A stretch of 64,000 nucleotides of DNA from Nemertoderma westbladi (taxonomy: Eukaryota > Animalia > Xenacoelomorpha). The notes below the pieces were generated by a model, which had not been told where the DNA came from, ran no database searches, and saw only the letters and a program-made list of their open reading frames with translations. How positions within the stretch are numbered: position 1 is the stretch's first letter; every line of letters starts with the position of its first letter. This document shows positions 39,293 to 49,880 of this stretch, piece by piece. The DNA lies in contig JAUCBJ010009072.1 in the NCBI GenBank assembly GCA_032718475.1, forward strand, positions 1 to 64,000, written 5' to 3'. Position numbers and translations under genes: made by a program.

Positions 39293-39644
39293 TTGTACAT
39301 CCCTTAATCATAAATATTTTCGAAATATTAAACTAATTAAGCCTAATACCCTATTTAAAACAGCTTTGGTAAATCCAATCGATACAATCACATTCTATGT
39401 CAATCTACTTAGAAACAATACCACAAACATGAGTTTAGTTGATATTATAGGAGTTGGTACAAGTGAAGCTGATAGTGATGAACCAGATTTAGAGTTTCAA
39501 AGATTCGATTTTGGTGAAAGAACATTAATAATAAGTAAATATGGTTAATGTTAAATTGTCATTTATACTGTAGTTATTTATAATTCAAACTCTGTAGTTA
39601 GTTAAATTTTAAATTAGTTGTTTTTAATATTTTGTATTGATTAT

Positions 39645-39782
39645 CTATGCCTTGCATCCATAAGTGGTAGATAAATGAGTACTGGAGTTTGCTCTGGGGA
39701 GTATAGTCCTGGGGGGACTATACCTGGAAATAAGTCGTCAGACTTTGTGGGTAATCCTTGGCCAAAGATATCTTTACTTTAC
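39645..39782 (+). mobile_element. 5'-truncated copy of the same SINE
   Basis: Shares TAAATGAGTAC..GGGGGGACTATACCTGGAAATAAGTCGTCAGACTT with 39165-39240 and ends in CTTTACTTTAC. Confidence 0.85.
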
Positions 39783-39987
39783 GTCGTAACTATTGATCCT
39801 TACACACGCCCTATTCGCTCATTGGCTGGCATGGAAACGGAGGGAAATTCAATTTAAATTGTATATCAATGATTTGTTCTTTGTTTGCAAACTTACAAAC
39901 ATTATTCACTACTCGCCGCATTCAGTAGCCTATGTATCGGGTCTGCCCATCCAAATTGTAATTTAATTTTTGTTAAATCGAATAAAT

Positions 39988-40973
39988 ATGGCTGAATTAA
40001 TAAAACTTCATTTTGGAGCTTCGATCCCTTCGGTTGGATTAGGTACGTTGAAGATCGCGGCTGGAGAGGTTGGGAGGGCAGTAGCAACTGCGATAGAGTT
40101 GGGCTACCGGCATATCGATTGCGCTTACTCGTACCGCAACGAGAAGCAGGGGAGGTTCTGAACGACGTGTTTAACGACCCCTTCAAGGGCGTCTCCAGAG
40201 TCGACATGTTCCTCACGTCGAAACTCTGGAACAGTCACCATCACCCAGGCGACGTCGAGGAATACTGCAAGAGGAGCATCTCGAATCTGCGAAGCGATTA
40301 CATCGATCTGTACCTGATGCACTGGCCGATGGCGTATAAACGAGGAGACGTTATCTTCCCGAAAGCGCCAGACGGTACAGTAGAAGGACTAGACGTAGAT
40401 TACTTAGTTACCTATAAGGCGATGGAGGAGCTTGTAGATAAAGGTTTCTGTAAACACATCGGAGTCAGTAATTTCAATTTACAACAGTTGAAACGAGTCG
40501 TGGAAAATTCGAGAATTAAGCCGAGCGCGTTGCAGGTTGAATGCCATCCGTACCTGAACCAATCGGAGCTGCTGACGTACTGCCAGTCCCAGGGGATCGT
40601 ACTGGAGGCCTACTCACCATTGGGCAGCCCAGACAGACCGGGGGCGGGGGACTCTACCGATGACGTCACGCCCTTACTGAAACATCCCGATATAGCGAGT
40701 TTAGCTGCTTGGATAGGGAGGAGTGTGGCCCAGGTGCTAATCCGGTTCCAAGTGCAGCGAGGAGTGGTGGTGCTCCCCAAATCGGTTAACCCCGATAGAC
40801 TCAAGGAGAATGTCAATGTATTCGACTTTGAACTCGATGAGGAAGCTATGACGACACTGATGGGACTGCATTGTAACAGAAGGTACATTCTACCGAGATT
40901 CAAGAATTCCCAAGGCGTCTTTGTCAATAGAGACACAGGACGCAAATATTACCCCTTCCAAGGTGATAACTAA
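39988..40973 (+). pseudogene. Intronless aldo-keto reductase (AKR1-like) with one frameshift at ~40148-40153; pseudogene or assembly error
   Basis: ATG at 39988. Motifs [54 protein letters not shown] and VLPKS are present, and the catalytic Asp/Tyr/Lys/His are intact. ORFs 39970-40161 and 40119-40973 overlap in different frames. AATAAA signals occur ~55-80 nt after the stop. Confidence 0.9.
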
Positions 40974-42055
40974 ATCCCTTGTAGTCTAACAGACAGAGAG
41001 AGTGTGCGTGGTAGTCATATGTTCCAAAATAAAGGTTACTAACAATAAAGACATGGTACCTTATTGGTTGTTTTATTACTTAGAGCCGGGTGTTATAGCC
41101 ACCTAAAAGTTGCTAATTTAATATATTTTGGAATATTTAATGTGATATCTCATCGATGTGTTGTTTACATGTTACTAAAACACACGTTTGATGGCAAACA
41201 AATGGCGATATATTATTATTTTTATCGTACACCATTTCGCAATGTTGTGCGTTATAAATTATAAATTAAATAACTCCGGCAAATAAATTGAAATTCAGTA
41301 ATTTACGGGAAATACTGGGTGAAAACACAGAAAAGTTGCCAAATTGGAGACATTTTTTAGCAAAAAATAAAGTTTCTCAAAACTCAACATATGATATATA
41401 TTCTGATAGCTCAGAGTCTGTAGAATTCAGTGAGAGTATTGGCCGACCTTAAATATGATCTGTAAAAAAAAATATACTGCTTTTCCCTTCCTGTCCACCG
41501 CCTGTAACCATTATTTTAATATGATAATTGGTTACAGGCGTGGGAAATTTGTCGTCCTGTAACCTTCCATGTAAATGTAATGAGAGCCTGGTTACAGGCG
41601 GTTACAGGTGGGGGGACAATTTATGGTATGCAATAGTTTACACAGGCGATGGAATTATAGGAGGGTACGTTGTATTATATATCATTAGAAAACTTGCCTG
41701 GCGGGTGATCTAAATATGATCATGGTTCCTAGTATCTAGATCAAACAAATTTGCTTTTAGCAGATCTGCGTTTGCATACGATGGTTACAGGGATGGACAT
41801 TTATGGTCGGACACCCATGTTTGGAGATACTTATCACCTGTAACTTCAAAGCTATTAAATGAATTTGATTAATTTTTTTTCCATAATTCTGCTGCATAAA
41901 TTATTGCTGTGATTTCAAATATAATTAATTCAAACGTTAAAAAGTAAAGTACCTCACAATAATCTTGGAGGACAATTTTTAGCTATAAATTAAAAAACAG
42001 ACTTTGGTGGCTCATCAAGTGCCGTGTATCTATGTAATCATGTTCGTGAGTACAA

Positions 42056-43430
42056 TTTTTACACCCCTTCCCGGATCCAGTATCAATTTGTAATTAACCT
42101 GAATCCGCGTTTTACACCCCTTCCCGGATCCAGTGACATTTTGAAATTAACCTGAATCCGCGTTTTACACCCCTTCCCGGATCCAGTATCACTTTGTAAT
42201 TAACCTGAATCCGCGTTTTACACCCCTTCCCGGATCCAGTATCACTATGTAATTAACCTGAATCCGCGTTTTACACCCCTTCCCGGATCCAGTGACATTT
42301 TGAAATTAACCTGAATCCGTGTTTTACACCCCTTCCCGGATCCAGTATCACTTTGTAATTAACCTGAATCCGCGTTTTACACCCCTTCCCGGATCCAGTA
42401 TCACTTTGTAATTAACCTGAATCCGCGTTTTACACCCCTACCCGGATCCAGTGACATTTTGAAATTAACCTGAATCCGTGTTTTACACCCCTTCCCGGAT
42501 CCAGTATCACTTTGTAATTAACCTGAATCCGCGTTTTACACCCCTTCCCGGATCCAATAACACTTTGTAATTAACCTGAATCCGTGTTTTACACCCCTTC
42601 CCGGATCCAGTATCACTTTGTAATTAACCTGAATCCGCGTTTTACACCCATTCCCGGATCCAATAACACTTTGTAATTAACCTGAATCCGCGTTTTACAC
42701 CCCTTCCCGGATCCAGTATCACTATGTAATTAACCTGAATCCGCGTTTTACACCCCTTCCCGGATCCAGTGACATTTTGAAATTAACCTGAATCCGTGTT
42801 TTACACCCCTTCCCGGATCCAGTATCACTTTGTAATTAACCTGAATCCGCGTTTTACACCCCTTCCCGGATCCAGTATCACTTTGTAATTAACCTGAATC
42901 CGCGTTTTACACCCCTACCCAGATCCAGTGACATTTTGAAATTAACCTGAATCCGTGTTTTACACCCCTTCCCGGATCCAGTATCACTTTGTAATTAACC
43001 TGAATCCGCGTTTTACACCCCTTCCCGGATCCAATAACACTTTGTAATTAACCTGAATCCGTGTTTTACACCCCTTCCCGGATCCAGTATCACTTTGTAA
43101 TTAACCTGAATCCGCGTTTTACACCCATTCCCGGATCCAATAACACTTTGTAATTAACCTGAATCCGCGTTTTACACCCCTTCCCGGATCCAGTGACATT
43201 TTGAAATTAACCTGAATCCGCGTTTTACTCCCCTTCCCGGATCAGATAACACTTTGTAATAAACATGAATCCGTATTTTACACCCAATCCCGGATTCAGT
43301 AGAAATATGAATCCGCGTTTTACACTCCGTTCAGGATTTAGCCTAAAACATGAATTCGCGCTTTACACTCCTTTCCGGATCTGAAAAAAAAGCCAATCCG
43401 CGTTTTACACTCGGTTACGGATTCGGTAAA
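42056..43430. repeat. 53-bp minisatellite, ~26 copies
   Basis: Unit CCGCGTTTTACACCCCTTCCCGGATCCAGTATCACTTTGTAATTAACCTGAAT; degenerates after ~43240. Confidence 0.95.
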
Positions 43431-43551
43431 TTTAGCAGTGCGCGGATCCGCAGATTACACCCTAAAAATGTAAATTCAGTCGACTTCCATAGGGACAATG
43501 TTAAATGATAGAATCCGGATCCTGATCCGGATCCGCGTTTTACTCTGACCC
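43431..43551. mobile_element. Probable DNA-transposon terminus adjoining the 53-bp array
   Basis: Ends CCGGATCCTGATCCGGATCCGCGTTTTACTCTGACCCC and shares ATCCGCGTTTTAC with the array unit. No partner terminus found. Confidence 0.4.
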
Positions 43552-43675
43552 CAAACAAACCAGTGATTTTATTGAAAATTTGAATTATTGTTGGAAAATG
43601 ACGAAACAAAACTCTCGCTGGAATTTTTCACGTAATCGACCATGCTGATTCCAGGAAGCTGGTCACAAGTACTGC

Positions 43676-46600
43676 ATGTACTTTTCTTTACTCACCTTCC
43701 CGACCCCCCATCCAGTAGTTCCCTAGATGTACTTTACTTTACTCACCTTCCCGACCCCCCATCCAGTAGTTCCCTAGATGTACTTTTCTTTACTCACCTT
43801 CCCGACCCATCCAGTAGTTCCCTAGATGTACTTTTCTTTACTCACCTTCCCGACCCCCCATCCAGTAGTTCCCTAGATGTACTTTTCTTTACTCACCTTC
43901 CCGACCCATCCAGTAGTTCCCTAGATGTACTTTTCTTTACTCACCTTCCCGACCCCCCATCCAGTAGTTCCCTAGATGTACTTTTCTTTACTCACCTTCC
44001 CGACCCATCCAGTAGTTCCCTAGATGTACTTTTCTTTACTCACCTTCCCGACCCTCCATCCAGTAGTTCCCTAGATGTACTTTTCTTTACTCACCTTCCC
44101 GACCCCCCATCCAGTAGTTCCCTAGATGTACTTTTCTTTACTCACCTTCCCGACCCATCCAGTAGTTCCCTAGATGTACTTTTCTTTACTCACCTTCCCG
44201 ACCCTCCATCCAGTAGTTCCCTAGATGTACTTTTCTTTACTCACCTTCTCGACCCTCCATCCAGTAGTTCCCTAGATGTACTTTTCTTTACTCACCTTCC
44301 CGACCCATCCAGTAGTTCCCTAGATGTACTTTTCTTTACTCACCTTCCCGACCCTCCATCCAGTAGTTCCCTAGATGTACTTTTCTTTACTCACCTTCCC
44401 GACCCCCCATCCAGTAGTTCACTAGATGTACTTTTCTTTACTCACCTTCCCGACCCTCCATCCAGTAGTTCCCTAGATGTACTTTTCTTTACTCACCTTC
44501 CCGACCCTCCATCCAGTAGTTCCCTAGATGTACTTTTCTTTACTCACCTTCCCGACCCTCCATCCAGTAGTTCCCTAGATGTACTTTTCTTTACTCACCT
44601 TCCCGACCCTCCATCCAGTAGTTCCCTAGATGTACTTTTCTTTACTCACCTTCCCGACCCATCCAGTAGTTCCCTAGATGTACTTTTCTTTACTCACCTT
44701 CCCGACCCCCCATCCAGTAGTTCCCTAGATGTACTTTTCTTTACTCACCTTCCCGACCCTCCATCCAGTAGTTCCCTAGATGTACTTTTCTTTACTCACC
44801 TTCCCGACCCATCCAGTAGTTCCCTAGATGTACTTTTCTTTACTCACCTTCCCGACCCCCCATCCAGTAGTTCCCTAGATGTACTTTTCTTTACTCACCT
44901 TCCCGACCCTCCATCCAGTAGTTCCCTAGATGTACTTTTCTTTACTCACCTTCCCGACCCCCCATCCAGTAGTTCCCTAGATGTACTTTTCTTTACTCAC
45001 CTTCCCGACCCCCATCCAGTAGTTCCCTAAGATGTACTTTTCTTTACTCACCTTCCCGACCCCCCATCCAGTAGTTCCCTAGATGTACTTTTCTTTACTC
45101 ACCTTCCCGACCCTCCATCCAGTAGTTCCCTAGATGTACTTTTCTTTACTCACCTTCCCGACCCCCCATCCAGTAGTTCCCTAGATGTACTTTTCTTTAC
45201 TCACCTTCCCGACCCCCCATCCAGTAGTTCCCTAGATGTACTTTTCTTTACCCACCTTCCCGACCCTCCATCCAGTAGTTCCCTAGATGTACTTTTCTTT
45301 ACTCACCTTCCCGACCCTCCATCCAGTAGTTCCCTAGATGTACTTTTCTTTACTCACCTTCCCGACCCATCCAGTAGTTCCCTAGATGTACTTTTCTTTA
45401 CTCACCTTCCCGACCCATCCAGTAGTTCCCTAGATGTACTTTTCTTTACTCACCTTTCCGACCCCCATCCAGTAGTTCACTAGATGTACTTTTCTTTACT
45501 CACCTTCCCGACCCTCCATCCAGTAGTTCCCTAGATGTACTTTTCTTTACTCACCTTCCCGACCCTCCATCCAGTAGTTCCCTAGATGTACTTTTCTTTA
45601 CTCACCTTCCCGACCCCATCCAGTAGTTCCCTAGATGTACTTTTCTTTACTCACCTTCCCGACCCCCATCCAGTAGTTCCCTAGATGTACTTTTCTTTAC
45701 TCACCTTCCCGACCCTCCATCCAGTAGTTCCCTAGATGTACTTTTCTTTACTCACCTTCCCGACCCTCCATCCAGTAGTTCCCTAGATGTACTTTTCTTT
45801 ACTCACCTTCCCGACCCTCCATCCAGTAGTTCCCTAAGATGTACTTTTCTTTACTCACCTTCCCGACCCTCCATCCAGTAGTTCCCTAGATGTACTTTTC
45901 TTTACTCACCTTCCCGACCCATCCAGTAGTTCCCTAGATGTACTTTTCTTTACTCACCTTCCCGACCCCCCATCCAGTAGTTCCCTAGATGTACTTTTCT
46001 TTACTCACCTTCCCGACCCTCCATCCAGTAGTTCCCTAGATGTACTTTTCTTTACTCACCTTCCCGACCCCCCATCCAGTAGTTCCCTAGATGTACTTTT
46101 CTTTACTCACCTTTCCGACCCCCATCCAGTAGTTCCCTAAGATGTACTTTTCTTTACTCACCTTCCCGACCCCCCATCCAGTAGTTCCCTAGATGTACTT
46201 TTCTTTACTCACCTTCCCGACCCTCCATCCAGTAGTTCCCTAGATGTACTTTTCTTCACTCACCTTCCCGACCCTCCATCCAGTAGTTCCCTAGATGTAC
46301 TTTTCTTTACTCACCTTTCCGACCCCCCATCCAGTAGTTCCCTAGATGTACTTTTCTTTACTCACCTTCCCGACCCCCCATCCAGTAGTTCCCTAGATGT
46401 ACTTTTCTTTACCCACCTTTCCGACCCTCCATCCAGTAGTTCCCTAGATGTACTTTTCTTTACTCACCTTCCCGACCCTCCATCCAGTAGTTCCCTAGAT
46501 GTACTTTTCTTTACTCACCTTCCCGACCCCATCCAGTAGTTCCCTAGATGTACTTTTCTTTACTCACCTTCCCGACCCATCCAGTAGTTCCCTAGATGTA

Positions 46601-49585
46601 CTTTTCTTTACTCACCTTTCCGACCCCCATCCTTTAGTTCACTAGATGTACTTTTCTTTACTCACCTTCCCGACCCATCCAGTAGTTCCCTAGATGTACT
46701 TTTCTTTACTCACCTTTCCGACCCCCATCCAGTAGTTCCCTAGATGTACTTTTCTTTACTCACCTTCCCGACCCTCCATCCAGTAGTTCCCTAAGATGTA
46801 CTTTTCTTTACTCACCTTCCCGACCCTCCATCCAGTAGTTCCCTAGATGTACTTTTCTTTACTCACCTTCCCGTCCCCCCATCCAGTAGTTCCCTAGATG
46901 TACTTTTCTTTACTCACCTTCCCGACCCTCCATCCAGTAGTTCCCTATAGATGTACTTTTCTTTACTCACCTTCCCGACCCATCCAGTAGTTCCCTAGAC
47001 GTACTTTTCTTTACTCACCTTCCCGACCCATCCAGTAGTTCCCTTAGATGTACTTTTCTTTACTCACCTTCCCGACCCCCCATCCAGTAGTTCCCTAGAT
47101 GCACTTTTCTTTACTCACCTTCCCGACCCCCCATCCAGTAGTTCCCTAGATGTACTTTTCTTTACTCACCTTCCCGACCCTCCATCCAGTAGTTCCCTAG
47201 ATGTACTTTTCTTTACTCACCTTCCCGACCCTCCATCCAGTAGTTCCCTAGATGTACTTTTCTTTACTCACCTTCCCGACCCTCCATCCAGTAGTTCCCT
47301 AGATGTACTTTTCTTTACTCACCTTCCCGACCCTCCATCCAGTAGTTCCCTAGATGTACTTTTCTTTAATCACCTTCCCGACCCATCCAGTAGTTCCCTA
47401 GATGTACTTTTCTTTACTAACCTTCCCGACCCTCCATCCAGTAGTTCCCTAGATGTACTTTTCTTTACTCACCTTCCCGACCCTCCATCCAGTAGTTACC
47501 TAGATGTACTTTTCTTTACTCACCTTCCCGACCCTCCATCCAGTAGTTCCCTAGATGTACTTTTCTTTACTCACCTTCCCGACCCCCCATCCAGTAGTTC
47601 CCTAGATGTACTTTTCTTTACTCACCATCTCGACCCCCCATCCAGTAGTTCCCTAGATGTACTTTTCTTTACTCACCTTCCCGACCCTCCATCCAGTAGT
47701 TCCCTAGATGTACTTTTCTTTACTCACCTTCCCGACCCCCCATCCAGTAGTTCCCTAGATGTACTTTTCTTTACTCACCTTCCCGACCCCCCATCCAGTA
47801 GTTCCCTAGATGTACTTTTCTTTACTCACCTTCCCGACCCATCCAGTAGTTCCCTAGATGTACTTTTCTTTACTCACCTTCCCGACCCCCCATCCAGTAG
47901 TTCCCTAGATGTACTTTTCTTTACTCACCTTCCCGACCCTCCATCCAGTAGTTCCCTAGATGTACTTTTCTTTACTCACCTTCCCGACCCTCCATCCAGT
48001 AGTTCCCTAGATGTACTTTTCTTTACTCACCTTCCCGACCCATCCAGTAGTTCCCTAGATGTACTTTTCTTTACTCACCTTCCCGACCCCCATCCAGTAG
48101 TTCACTAGATGTACTTTTCTTTACTCACTTTTCCGACCCCCCATCCAGTAGTTCCCTAGATGTACTTTTCTTTACTCACCTTCCCGACCCATCCAGTAGT
48201 TCCCTAGATGTACTTTTCTTTACTCACCTTTCCGACCCTCCATCCAGTAGTTCCCTAGATGTACTTTTCTTTACTCACCTTTCCGACCCCCCATCCAGTA
48301 GTTCCCTAGATGTACTTTTCTTTACTCACCTTTCCGACCCCCCATCAAGTAGTTCCCTAGATGTACTTTTCTTTACTCACCTTCCCGACCCATCCAGTAG
48401 TTCCCTAGATGTACTTTTCTTTACTCACCTTTCCGACCCTCCATCCAGTAGTTCCCTAGATGTACTTTTCTTTACTCACCTTTCCGACCCCCCATCCAGT
48501 AGTTTCCTAGATGTACTTTTCTTTACTCACCTTTCCGACCCCCCATCCAGTAGTTCCCTAGATGTACTTTTCTTTACTCACCTTCTCGACCCTCCATCCA
48601 GTAGTTCCCTAGATGTACTTTTCTTTACTCACCTTCCCGACCCATCCAGTAGTTCCCTAGATGTACTTTTCTTTACTCACCTTCCCGACCCCCCATCCAG
48701 TAGTTCCCTAGATGTACTTTTCTTTACTCACCTTTCCGACCCCCCATCCAGTAGTTTCCTAGATGTACTTTTCTTTACTCACCTTTCCGACCCCCCATCC
48801 AGTAGTTCCCTAGATGTACTTTTCTTTACTCACCTTCCCGACCCCCCATCCAGTAGTTTCCTAGATGTACTTTTCTTTACTCACCTTTCCGACCCCCCAT
48901 CCAGTAGTTCCCTAGATGTACTTTTCTTTACTCACCTTCCCGACCCTCCATCCATTAGTTTCCTAGATGTACTTTTCTTTACTCACCTTTCCGACCCCCC
49001 ATCCAGTAGTTTCCTAGATGTACTTTTCTTTACTCACCTTCCCGACCCTCCATCCAGTAGTTCCCTAGATGTACTTTTCTTTACTCACCTTCCCGACCCC
49101 CCATCCAGTAGTTCCCTAGATGTACTTTTCTTTACTCACCTTCCCGACCCCCCATCCAGTAGTTCCCTAGATGTACTTTTCTTTACTCACCTTCCCGACC
49201 CCCCATCCAGTAGTTCCCTAGATGTACTTTTCTTTACTCACCTTCCCGACCCCCCATCCAGTAGTTCCCTAGATGTACTTTTCTTTACTCACCTTTCCGA
49301 CCCCCCATCCAGTAGTTCCCTAGATGTACTTTTCTTTACTCACCTTCCCGACCCCCCATCCAGTAGTTCCCTAGATGTACTTTTCTTTACTCACCTTCCC
49401 GACCCCCCATCCAGTAGTTCCCTAGATGTACTTTTCTTTACTCACCTTCCCGACCCCCCATCCAGTAGTTCCCTAGATGTACTTTTCTTTACTCACCTTC
49501 CCGACCCCCCATCCAGTAGTTCCCTAGATGTACTTTTCTTTACTCACCTTTCCGACCCCCCATCCAGCAGTTCCCTAGATGTACT
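43676..49585. repeat. 48/51-bp minisatellite (~115-120 copies) made of an exon end plus splice donor
   Basis: Plus-strand unit ATGTACTTTTCTTTACTCACCTTCCCGACCC(C/T)CCATCCAGTAGTTCCCTAG; on the minus strand ...GGTCGGGAAG|GTGAGTAAAGAAAAGTACAT. Confidence 0.97.
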
Positions 49586-49682
49586 CCGACGTCGTATATG
49601 TCTCGTTCTGGGTTCATTGTGGCCATCAACATAACCCGGATCGTCAACATCATATGAGAAACTCCTTCGCCGTTCTCGCGAT
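49548..49682 (-). CDS. Minus-strand gene exon 4: SRERRRSFSYDVDDPGYVDGHNEPRTRHIRRRSTSRELLDGGSE
   Basis: Acceptor TATCATTGATTTAG, donor AAG|GTGAGT, 135 bp, phase 2 to 2, matching exons 3 and 5. Its last 38 nt are the first repeat unit. Confidence 0.75.
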
Positions 49683-49880
49683 CTAAATCAATGATAAAAT
49701 TCGAATATTACTAACATCTTCTTTACACCAGTACTCTTGAATCTGTAATCTTAATCAAACTGATTAAACACTACCCCAAGTTAAGTGGCAAGTTAAGAGA
49801 ACTAGCTAATAGGGTGTACGGGAACAATTAAATAGAATGTTCCAGCAAGATAATGCTGACTTTTATTGGTGCACCACACA

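Noticed and set aside
43642-45030. 462-aa plus-strand ORF of LDVLFFTHLPDPPSSSS repeats
   Set aside because: Antisense reading of the exon-junction array; open only because the units are 48/51 nt.
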